DNA from: Candidatus Nomurabacteria bacterium
GTDB taxonomy: Bacteria; Patescibacteriota; Minisyncoccia; Phycocordibacterales; UBA918
DNA: 64,000 nucleotides
Direction of reading: 5' to 3'
Assembly: GCA_023898525.1 (NCBI GenBank)
Contig: CP060227.1
Location: forward strand, 1,021,932 to 1,085,931
Made by a program: the position numbers and the translations under genes. A model generated the notes under the pieces. It saw nothing but the letters and a program-made list of their open reading frames with translations. It ran no database searches and was not told the DNA's origin. Numbering within the stretch: position 1 is the stretch's first letter; every line of letters starts with the position of its first letter. Positions 1 to 8,293 of the stretch are shown in pieces.

Positions 1-525
1 ATTCAAAGTGTTAATGGTAAGCATATAACTTCTTTGCAGGCGGTTTATGTACCAGCTGACGATATTACTGATCCAGCGGTAGCTACTATATTCTCTCATC
101 TCGATACCTCTATAGTTTTATCTAGAAAGGTGGCAGAAAAAGGTATTTACCCTGCTATTGACGTACTAAAGTCCAGCTCGGCTGCTCTCGATCCGGATTT
201 TGTTAGTGAACGGCACTATAAGATAGCAACTGATATTTTAGTGACCTTCCAAAAATACGAAGAATTATCTCACATTATTGCTATTTTAGGAATTGAGGAG
301 ATATCTAAGGCCGATCAAGTGGTTGCTAAGCGCGCTGAAAGATTACAAAGGTTCTTTACACAACCACTACATGTTACCGAGCACTTTACTGGTAAGCCTG
401 GTGTCTCAGTTTCTTTGGATGAGGCGCTGACTGGTTGCGAAAAGATATTAGCTGGAGAATTTGATGAAGAACCTCTAGAATCTTTGTATATGATAGGCTC
501 TTTACCAAAAAAGAAAAAAAGTTGA
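1..525 (+). CDS. atpD: F0F1 ATP synthase beta subunit, 3' portion (5' end lies outside window)
   Basis: Frame is open from nt 1. C-terminal beta-subunit signatures VYVPADDITDPAVATIF, GIYPAIDVLKSSS and ELSHIIAILGIEE. TGA stop at 523-525. Confidence 0.9.
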   Translation: MQSVNGKHITSLQAVYVPADDITDPAVATIFSHLDTSIVLSRKVAEKGIYPAIDVLKSSSAALDPDFVSERHYKIATDILVTFQKYEELSHIIAILGIEEISKADQVVAKRAERLQRFFTQPLHVTEHFTGKPGVSVSLDEALTGCEKILAGEFDEEPLESLYMIGSLPKKKKS

Positions 526-527
526 TT

Positions 528-761
528 ATGAAATGTACAATATCAACCGCTACAAAAACTACAGTCATTGATGAAATAGCAAAAGTTACTGTTCCCACAC
601 CATCCGGTCAAATTGAAATTAGACCAGGTCATGCTGAGTATTATGGAGCAACAACCGAAGGTGTGTTGGTGGTAACTGATAAGGATAGTAAAGAAGGGAA
701 GTATAGCCTGGTGTCGGGGATTTGCGCTGTTAAGAAAGATATTATAACTATATTGCAGTAA
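528..761 (+). CDS. atpC: ATP synthase epsilon chain
   Basis: Small protein directly after atpD in the operon position of atpC. Track start 522 is a TTG. The ATG at 528 is the more likely start, overlapping the atpD stop region. Confidence 0.65.
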   Translation: MKCTISTATKTTVIDEIAKVTVPTPSGQIEIRPGHAEYYGATTEGVLVVTDKDSKEGKYSLVSGICAVKKDIITILQ

Positions 762-805
762 TGTAGCGAAAGTCTACAAAAGTGAAAGCTGAATGTATAA
801 AAAGT

Positions 806-1408
806 TTATAAAAGGAATTGAATAGCTTCTTCCCAGCTTGAAAAGATTTCTTTTGGGTGACCTTTCTTGAGTATATAATCTGGATGATATCCAAAACTAA
901 CAGCATATGATACTAACGATACCTTGTTTGCCTCATTCAGATCACCAAGAGTATCAGTAATAAACAATGCTTCTCTCAACCTTATTCCTTCCATTTGTGC
1001 CAAATGCTTAAACTTTTCAACTTTAGACTCATGAGTTTCTTTGCCTAGTACATGACCAAAATAGTCTCTTATACCGGCGTCCTCTAGTACTCGACTTATA
1101 GCTGATTCAGAATTACTAGACACTATATGCATAGCATATTTTGAGTACAACTTCTCTACATGTGGGAGAAAATTTTTAATGTGGTCGGCTGTTAATCTCT
1201 CACTATATTGTTTAAAAAAGGATTCTTTTGTTTCTTTTGTAAAGGAAACGCTAGGGTTTTCATAAACATTTCCCATATGATGATCAATTCTATACCTACT
1301 CTCTTGGACCTCTGGGTGCAATTCTTTGATTATTTCGTAATTGAATTCAAACGTATCTCCAATTACGCCATCAAAATCAAAAATCAGTATTTCTTTCTTA
1401 TTTTTCAT
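806..1408 (-). CDS. HAD-superfamily hydrolase
   Basis: N-terminal HAD motif I LIFDFDGVIGDT and a C-terminal DxxxD-type motif (ITDTLGDLNEA). Confidence 0.7.
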   Translation of the reverse strand: MKNKKEILIFDFDGVIGDTFEFNYEIIKELHPEVQESRYRIDHHMGNVYENPSVSFTKETKESFFKQYSERLTADHIKNFLPHVEKLYSKYAMHIVSSNSESAISRVLEDAGIRDYFGHVLGKETHESKVEKFKHLAQMEGIRLREALFITDTLGDLNEANKVSLVSYAVSFGYHPDYILKKGHPKEIFSSWEEAIQFLL

Positions 1409-1569
1409 AGATATATCTTATGCTCCATCTCGTTTGTAATAGGTTACTGGCAAATATCAAGATTGTAAATGTCAGAAGTGGCATATAGCCATTGAAAATT
1501 ACTTTTAAAAGCGTGGACAAGTGTATTTTACCCGAGGTTTTATAGCGTACTATATATACAATACTGCTT

Positions 1570-2553
1570 ATGAAAAAAATGTTGGTTGCCTTTGGTTTAT
1601 TGTGTCTACCATTTTTTGTTTCCGCCCATACCAGATGGTTTGCTGAAGAAGAATTAGAACCGTTCCATACTACCGAACCGACCGTCTTATATTTGGCAGT
1701 GTGGGCTGTTATCGCTATTACTATTTTATACATGGCGGTTAAATTTCATGAAAAGGGAATTTTACGCTTGGCTTGGCTAAAACCTAAAAAACCACATGCT
1801 TATGAAAGAGCGGCTTCCACCTTTACGATGGTGGCTGGTAGTTTCTTTTTGATTGCTGGGACACATGAATATTTATTTTCCCCAAATCAGTCAATTGAAG
1901 CCGGTGTACCGTATTACTTAATAGTAGTGCAGATATTTATAGGTCTAGCGTTTTTATTAGGGATTGCCACTCGGACTTCTGCAATTATCTTGGCTCTGAC
2001 TTGGTTGTCTACTTTCTATTATCTTGGTTATGTTTCGGCCTTGGAGGATGTTTGGGTTTTGTCCACGGCAATCTTTATAGCGATTATGGGTAATGATTAC
2101 TTCTCCCTTATTTCGTTTTCGTACTTCAAAAAGGTGTTCAAGCCGTTTAATAGATATGCGTTGTCTATTCTTAGGTTAGGGACTGGTGCGACACTGGTAA
2201 CTCTTGGTTTTACTGAAAAACTTTTATCACCCGAATTTGGAATGAACTTCTTAAAGTTGCACGACTGGAACTTTATGCAGGCTCTTGGTTTACCATACTC
2301 TGATTATTTATTTGTACTTTCGGCTGGTTCGGTTGAAATCTTGCTAGGGCTACTGTTGATTCTCGGTCTGATGACTCGCATAGTGGCTTTGGTAATTGCA
2401 ATTATATTTACTATACCGCTCTTTATTTTAGGTCCAATTGAGCTGGCTGGCCACTTACCGCACTTTGCCGCTGTAGTTTTGCTTTTGATATTCGGAAGTG
2501 GCGGAAGATTTATGTTCTTCCATAGATATAATGATTCCAAGGTTAGGGTTTAG
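1570..2553 (+). CDS. polytopic integral membrane protein, function unknown
   Basis: 327 aa with about 8 hydrophobic helices and an N-terminal signal or first TM. No family motif recognised. Confidence 0.5.
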   Translation: MKKMLVAFGLLCLPFFVSAHTRWFAEEELEPFHTTEPTVLYLAVWAVIAITILYMAVKFHEKGILRLAWLKPKKPHAYERAASTFTMVAGSFFLIAGTHEYLFSPNQSIEAGVPYYLIVVQIFIGLAFLLGIATRTSAIILALTWLSTFYYLGYVSALEDVWVLSTAIFIAIMGNDYFSLISFSYFKKVFKPFNRYALSILRLGTGATLVTLGFTEKLLSPEFGMNFLKLHDWNFMQALGLPYSDYLFVLSAGSVEILLGLLLILGLMTRIVALVIAIIFTIPLFILGPIELAGHLPHFAAVVLLLIFGSGGRFMFFHRYNDSKVRV

Positions 2554-2620
2554 TGCAAGTTAGTACCACCTGGTCAATTTTACGGCTGAAATCTTCGGCT
2601 AGGCGGTTTATACTATTACT

Positions 2621-3349
2621 ATGAGTACGAATTATGTTATTTCTAGTAAACCGTTAATTGTGGGCGGTTCAGACCAAAAATATGTTCTGACCATACGTGA
2701 CTTACCGGCTGATGAGAAACCGCGGGAAAAATTAGTCAAACATGGTCCGTCTGTTTTAACCGCTGTGGAGTTATTGGCAATTGTATTAGGTCAAGGTACA
2801 AAAAAAGAAGAGGTTTTTAGTATGGCAAACAGATTGGTGCAAGAATACGGTGAGCGCAATATTTTTACTCAAACAGATGCTAAAACCTTGGCCGAGAACT
2901 TAGAGATACCGTTAATAAAAGCACTGCAAATCATCGCTGTTGGTGAACTCGGTAGACGTTTCTTTGAGAAAAAGAAAAACGGAGCAACAGTTATACGAAC
3001 GGCCAAAGATGTATTTGACTATGTAGCAGATATGCGGGCTTTGCCAAAAGAATATTTACGGGGCATTTATCTAAATAGTCATTATCAGGTAGTGCACGAT
3101 GAAGTGATTTCTATAGGAACCGTCGACGCCAATATCATTCATCCTCGGGAAGTATTTAGACCGGCTCTTTCTTACTCAGCTTCTGCTCTTATTTTGGTCC
3201 ACAATCATCCTTCCGGAGTATTATCACCAAGCCAAGAAGATGTATTGGTCACGGCGCAAGTCAAGGAAGCCGGTCAGTTATTGGGGATCGAGCTTATTGA
3301 TCATGTGATTGTAACGGTCGATGGTTTTAGTAGTATGTTGTCTAAGTAG
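2621..3349 (+). CDS. radC: RadC-family JAB/MPN domain protein (UPF0758)
   Basis: N-terminal HhH-like region (LTAVELLAIVLGQG) and C-terminal JAMM motif HNHPSG....SxxD typical of RadC. Confidence 0.85.
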   Translation: MSTNYVISSKPLIVGGSDQKYVLTIRDLPADEKPREKLVKHGPSVLTAVELLAIVLGQGTKKEEVFSMANRLVQEYGERNIFTQTDAKTLAENLEIPLIKALQIIAVGELGRRFFEKKKNGATVIRTAKDVFDYVADMRALPKEYLRGIYLNSHYQVVHDEVISIGTVDANIIHPREVFRPALSYSASALILVHNHPSGVLSPSQEDVLVTAQVKEAGQLLGIELIDHVIVTVDGFSSMLSK

Positions 3350-3353
3350 TATT

Positions 3354-3647
3354 ATGTCTGTTATTGAGAATGACTTTTCTTACCAAATAAAAGTTGCTTA
3401 TTGGTTGGTTCGTGATGCCGAAAATGAAGAGGATACACGTTTGAATTTTCATGTTAAAAGTGGTGACTATTTTTCTACTCTAGCTACAATACTCGGTTTT
3501 ATAGAAGAGAAGGTAGGGGAACAAGATTACGGTGGTAGCTTGGACTATGAATTAAACGTATTAAAACGAATGAAGAAAGACTTACTTTATCTGAATGATA
3601 ATTTTGATATAACACGAAAAAATAACAATAAAGCTGATCTAGAGTAG
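3354..3647 (+). CDS. hypothetical protein
   Basis: ORF with ATG at 3354. The track start 3321 overlaps the radC 3' end. No homology recognised. Confidence 0.35.
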   Translation: MSVIENDFSYQIKVAYWLVRDAENEEDTRLNFHVKSGDYFSTLATILGFIEEKVGEQDYGGSLDYELNVLKRMKKDLLYLNDNFDITRKNNNKADLE

Positions 3648-3662
3648 TGCTATAATTTGTTT

Positions 3663-4028
3663 ATGGAAAGCGTACCTCAGGTGCTAATTGGATTAGTAGC
3701 TATCACTCACTTGTACTTTTTTTGGTTTGAGTTTTTTGGGTGGTCAAAAGCCATAACTGTTTTATATAAACAAGAGTTACCCGAAATTTTTCAGTTACCG
3801 ACTAAAGTATTGATGACAAACCAAGGCTTGTACAACGGTTTTTTAGCGGCCGGTTTGATTTGGACATTTTTTATTTCTGATCCCTTGTGGCACACCAGAA
3901 TCAGTGTTTTCTTCTTGGTTTGTGTAATCGTGGCGGGGACTTTTGGGGCAATGTCGCTAGGGAAAAGAGTTTTTATGATGCAAGCTCTGCCGGCAATTCT
4001 GGCCTTGGCAGCCATCTGGTATCTTTAG
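3663..4028 (+). CDS. small integral membrane protein (DUF1304-like?)
   Basis: About 120 aa with 4 predicted TM helices. Track start is TTG at 3657 and the ATG is at 3663. Confidence 0.45.
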   Translation: MESVPQVLIGLVAITHLYFFWFEFFGWSKAITVLYKQELPEIFQLPTKVLMTNQGLYNGFLAAGLIWTFFISDPLWHTRISVFFLVCVIVAGTFGAMSLGKRVFMMQALPAILALAAIWYL

Positions 4029-4092
4029 TCAAGTTACTTTTATAATGTAAAGTTGACTTTACTTCCTGTACGTAGATGTTTATAATATATAC

Positions 4093-5280
4093 ATGAGTGA
4101 TAAGAATTTAATTTTTATAGTGATACTGGCTGTGGCCGTTATTATAATCATCTGGTTCCTGTCAGCTAAATCACCTGTCAATAATACCAATCCAATGCAA
4201 AATATAACTAACAATCAAATAGAAACTCCTACCGATTCTCAGAGCGTTGCCACTGCTACGGCACTGTTGGCTAACGGCTGCTTTTGGTGTGTGGAGCATG
4301 ATCTAGAGGAAGTGAAGGGAGTTATCAATGTCGAGTCTGGTTATGCTGGTGGGTCAACTGAGAATCCTACTTATGAAAATTACGCTGCTGGTGGACATAG
4401 AGAGGTGGTGCTGGTAACTTATGACCCAACCCAGGTTAGCTACGCCAATTTGGTAGAGCATATCCTTAAACACGGCGATCCAACTGATGCTGAAGGGTCT
4501 TTTTATGACCGCGGTCCTCAGTACACACCAGCGATTTATTATGAAAACGAAAAGGAAAAAACCACCGCTTTAGCGGTAATTAAAGCAATTGATGGATTGC
4601 ATGTTTTTGCTGATCCGCTGCCGATTGTTGTTATACCGCGAGTGCAATTTTGGCCAGCAGAAGAATATCATCAGGATTACGCCAAGAAGAATCCTCTTCG
4701 TTATAAGTTTTATCGTAGTTCATCAGGCAGGGACAACTTTATCGAAAAGCACTGGGGTGACGCAGCTGGCGAATTTTCGGTGACTGATTTACCAGTAAAG
4801 GACAGTGCCAAGGTTATCTACAATGAAAATTACTGGGATGGTTACCAAAAGCCGTCTGAAGCTGAACTGCGTTCCGTGTTGACCGATTTACAGTACAAAG
4901 TGACGCAAAAGGAGGGTACTGAGCGACCATTTACTAATGTTTATGATAAGAATTATGAGCAGGGAGTATATGTAGATATTGTGTCGGGCGAACCATTGTT
5001 TTTGTCCACTGATAAGTACGACTCCGGTACCGGTTGGCCGTCGTTTGTAAAGCCGATTTCAGATGAGGCGGTTACGCTGGAAGAAGATAATACTTTATTT
5101 ACTTCGCGCACTGAAGTACGTTCTGCACATGCGGATTCACACCTTGGACACGTGTTTGACGATGGTCCTACTGATCGGGGTGGTAAGCGGTATTGTATGA
5201 ATTCTGCTGCTTTGAAATTTGTTCCTCTAGCTGATATGGAAAATGAGGGTTATGGGTATTTGTTACCGCTTTTTGAGTAG
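4093..5280 (+). CDS. msrAB: fused peptide-methionine sulfoxide reductase MsrA-MsrB with N-terminal membrane anchor
   Basis: N-terminal TM helix. MsrA active site GCFWC. MsrB signatures GWPSF and RYCMNSAAL with the [10 protein letters not shown] motif. Confidence 0.85.
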   Translation: MSDKNLIFIVILAVAVIIIIWFLSAKSPVNNTNPMQNITNNQIETPTDSQSVATATALLANGCFWCVEHDLEEVKGVINVESGYAGGSTENPTYENYAAGGHREVVLVTYDPTQVSYANLVEHILKHGDPTDAEGSFYDRGPQYTPAIYYENEKEKTTALAVIKAIDGLHVFADPLPIVVIPRVQFWPAEEYHQDYAKKNPLRYKFYRSSSGRDNFIEKHWGDAAGEFSVTDLPVKDSAKVIYNENYWDGYQKPSEAELRSVLTDLQYKVTQKEGTERPFTNVYDKNYEQGVYVDIVSGEPLFLSTDKYDSGTGWPSFVKPISDEAVTLEEDNTLFTSRTEVRSAHADSHLGHVFDDGPTDRGGKRYCMNSAALKFVPLADMENEGYGYLLPLFE

Positions 5281-5356
5281 AGAAAGATAGGGAGGACGGT
5301 GAAGGTAAAAAGAGAACCCCACTTTGGATGGGGTTCAGATGGCATTATCTATACTG

Positions 5357-6169
5357 TCACTCACTTATGACGGTACGGTTTCTACCTGTATTTTTGGCTT
5401 TGTATAAAGCTTCGTCTGCTCGTTTGATGACACTATTAACCGTTTCAGTGCTCCTATTGGTTTTTATAAAACTTGCAACCCCACAGCTTATGGTTACTTC
5501 GCGTTTGATTTCTGAGCCGTTTAGCCTGGATGTGTCTATCTTGCTTACATCCTGACGAATACGTTCAGCTATTTTGCTGGCAGCTTCGCGATCACCGTCT
5601 ACAATGACTGCAAATTCTTCACCGCCATAACGAGCAGCTACATCATGATCTCTGATGTTGCTGGTTATACACTTCACAACAGCTTTAATTACCAGATCTC
5701 CAAAAGGATGACCAAGAGTGTCGTTTATGGTTTTAAAATTATCTATGTCAACCAGGACTAATGAAGTCGGGCTACCATTACTGTGAAGGTGTTGTGCAAA
5801 CTCTAACATTTGCTCGTCAAAAAACTTGCGGTTACTCATCTCTGTTAAAGGATCGATTCTCAAGGCTTGTTCAAGCTGCTTTTTTAAATGGATTATTTGA
5901 AGCTCCTTAAGAATATCATCCCAGATTTGCCTATTGAGCAGTGGACATTTTGGTTTCACCAGATCTCCATACAATTCTTTCATATAGAGTAGTCTTTGTG
6001 TGTACAAATAGTCCACTTCTTCTTTGTTCAAATCACATTTCTGCGCAAATTTATACACTCGCTTGCTAGGATCACCATGACTGATTTTCCTACTACAACC
6101 TGATTGGTTCATGAGATCTTCTCCCTGAATGTTTAAGTCCGTTTGGACAATACCATAAATAACATACAT
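5357..6169 (-). CDS. GGDEF-domain diguanylate cyclase with N-terminal uncharacterised sensor region
   Basis: RIDPLTEMSNRKFF plus the active-site RYGGEEFAVIV motif. No TM segments. Confidence 0.8.
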   Translation of the reverse strand: MYVIYGIVQTDLNIQGEDLMNQSGCSRKISHGDPSKRVYKFAQKCDLNKEEVDYLYTQRLLYMKELYGDLVKPKCPLLNRQIWDDILKELQIIHLKKQLEQALRIDPLTEMSNRKFFDEQMLEFAQHLHSNGSPTSLVLVDIDNFKTINDTLGHPFGDLVIKAVVKCITSNIRDHDVAARYGGEEFAVIVDGDREAASKIAERIRQDVSKIDTSRLNGSEIKREVTISCGVASFIKTNRSTETVNSVIKRADEALYKAKNTGRNRTVISE

Positions 6170-6259
6170 TGACTAGAGCTTTTTTGTACCTACAACCAGT
6201 TTTCCGACGAAACATTCTCTGCTATGCTTAAGAGTAATTATTAGCATTTATTTAAATGT

Positions 6260-6916
6260 ATGACTAAAAGAAATATTATTATAGTGGCGGCGGTGGTGAT
6301 TCTGGTTATCGCTTACTTTTTGGTAGTTGGTGCTAACAGAACAGAAAATTTGAGTAACGGTATAAGCGAAGTTGTGACCAAGGAGCAGATGGAGGAAAAG
6401 AAAAACTTATTAGGACAAGGTACTTTGAATGATCTTTTAATGCGTAACGAAAACCTAGAGTGTACCATTAAGTATAAAAAAGATGATGTGTCAGCAGGAG
6501 TGGTTGAAGGTTCGTACTTTACCAGTCAAGAGCGCTTGCGTGGAGACTTTGTTTTTACTGATTCAGGCATGCAGATTGTTTCATCAATGATCATGAAAGA
6601 CGGGGTGATGTACACTTGGTCTGAAATCGATGGGCAAAAATATGGGATGAAAATGATGGTTGGTGAGGTTGAAGATAGTGAAGTGGAGACCAGAGAGGCG
6701 GTGCCACTTGATAAAAATGTCGAGTATGATTGTCATCCTTGGATGAATGTTGATAGTAGTATCTTTGAAGAGCCTAAAGACATTATTTTTAGAGATTTTG
6801 GAGATGTGACGAATACCGGTATGGAGTACGGAAATATCTATAATAATGGTGAGGCGAGCGGTACCATTGATATGGAGGCAATGATGCGGGAGATGGAGAT
6901 GAGGTATGGTGAGTAA
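6260..6916 (+). CDS. hypothetical membrane-anchored protein
   Basis: N-terminal TM followed by a Met/Glu-rich soluble domain. No family recognised. Confidence 0.45.
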   Translation: MTKRNIIIVAAVVILVIAYFLVVGANRTENLSNGISEVVTKEQMEEKKNLLGQGTLNDLLMRNENLECTIKYKKDDVSAGVVEGSYFTSQERLRGDFVFTDSGMQIVSSMIMKDGVMYTWSEIDGQKYGMKMMVGEVEDSEVETREAVPLDKNVEYDCHPWMNVDSSIFEEPKDIIFRDFGDVTNTGMEYGNIYNNGEASGTIDMEAMMREMEMRYGE

Positions 6917-6919
6917 GTA

Positions 6920-6962
6920 GACCAAAAACGGCCGGCAGCTACGCTGCCGGCCGTTTTTGGTC
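6920..6962. terminator. bidirectional rho-independent terminator between convergent genes
   Basis: Perfect hairpin GACCAAAAACGGCCGGCAGC-TACG-GCTGCCGGCCGTTTTTGGTC with A/T runs on both sides. Confidence 0.65.
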
Positions 6963-7702
6963 TACTTCTGATAGGGGTCTTTTTCAGCATAAACAGTAAT
7001 AGTGCGACGTTTACGAGCTCGACCGCGAAAAGCGTGTTTGTGTGATCGGTAGATTTTGTGAACGATAAATTTCTCAGACAAAAAATTAAGCAACTCTTCC
7101 TCGCTGTAGACAAATTCTGCTACACCCATGACTGGGTGGATGTAGGTTCCTTCTTCGGTGGCGGCGTGATCTTTTAAGAGGCGACGGGTATGGAGGTCGT
7201 CGTCTTTAAGAAAAGTTTTCATAAAGAGATAACCGCCCGGCTTAAGGCTTCGGTGGATTTCGTCCCGTAAGGTTAGTCTTTCTGCCTGATTAAGAAAGTG
7301 TGAAGTCATCATATCAAGTGCCAAGTCTTGTGATTCTGGTTCAATTTCCAGTGCTCCGGCGATACTACGTGCTTTGTAGCTCAGCGGCAGTCCTTTTGAA
7401 GCAGCTACCGCTTGGGAAATAGCAGCGGCTGATACGTCATAGCCAATACCTTTGCAGCCAAAGGTTTGTGATAGGTAGATGAGGTTACGGCCATTACCAC
7501 AGCCAACATCAAGTACGCTAGCTTCAGGACCTAAAATGTCCATCCTGTTTCTCCTGTCCAGCCAACGAGTGAATTTTTCCAAATCGGCACTTGGTTTGGT
7601 GGAGAGCTTAAGGTGCTCCGGTTTGCTGTATTCGGAATCCCAAAAGGTGGCGCCGTGCTGCTTGCGCTTTTTCTTGCGGGTAAAGTTAGGTTTGATAGCC
7701 AT
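6962..7702 (-). CDS. class I SAM-dependent methyltransferase
   Basis: Motif I LDVGCGNGRN. Track start 7723 is TTG and the ATG at 7702 (MAIKPNF...) is more likely. Confidence 0.7.
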   Translation of the reverse strand: MAIKPNFTRKKKRKQHGATFWDSEYSKPEHLKLSTKPSADLEKFTRWLDRRNRMDILGPEASVLDVGCGNGRNLIYLSQTFGCKGIGYDVSAAAISQAVAASKGLPLSYKARSIAGALEIEPESQDLALDMMTSHFLNQAERLTLRDEIHRSLKPGGYLFMKTFLKDDDLHTRRLLKDHAATEEGTYIHPVMGVAEFVYSEEELLNFLSEKFIVHKIYRSHKHAFRGRARKRRTITVYAEKDPYQK

Positions 7703-7875
7703 TTGTAGGGTATTAGAACACAAAAAACGTTTTTCATAAAGGGATTACACAAGTGAGATGTAAAACTACCAAGGATATTTGTTAATTGTGACGTTAAGCA
7801 AATTGGTGGATATTAAAAATTACGGCCCTAAAAGTATAATTTTTTAGGACCGAATTAAGCAATTAGAATAATAAA

Positions 7876-8223
7876 TCATGTGGTATAAAGCCACTTTCTC
7901 TCTATATTGTAAGCAGCAATAAGGGACATGCACATAAGTAAACCCGTTTGTGGGCTAACTGCTCCATAGTTAATGTGTATCCAGTTAGTTAGAAACATAA
8001 TGGTAATTAATATGGCTTGTCCCGAAATCATTAGCTTAATAGCATGCGAGGGGGGGTTTACCGTAAGGATAAATATGCCTTGTGCAATAATCAATCCGCA
8101 TGACAACGCAAGCGCTGCCTGAAATGATTCAGAAACTACGCTGGTGCCTGTTCCTAGTAATAATCCTATAACCACCATCTGCATGAAAGGGCGTGCAAAT
8201 ATAAAGAACAATTTTGGTTTCAT
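7876..8223 (-). CDS. small polytopic membrane protein
   Basis: 115 aa, 3-4 hydrophobic helices. Confidence 0.4.
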   Translation of the reverse strand: MKPKLFFIFARPFMQMVVIGLLLGTGTSVVSESFQAALALSCGLIIAQGIFILTVNPPSHAIKLMISGQAILITIMFLTNWIHINYGAVSPQTGLLMCMSLIAAYNIERKWLYTT

Positions 8224-8293
8224 TAATTATTTCTCCTCAGAAGAATTAATTGGACATTTCACATTTAACCAGCTATTAACACTCGTGTCAACC

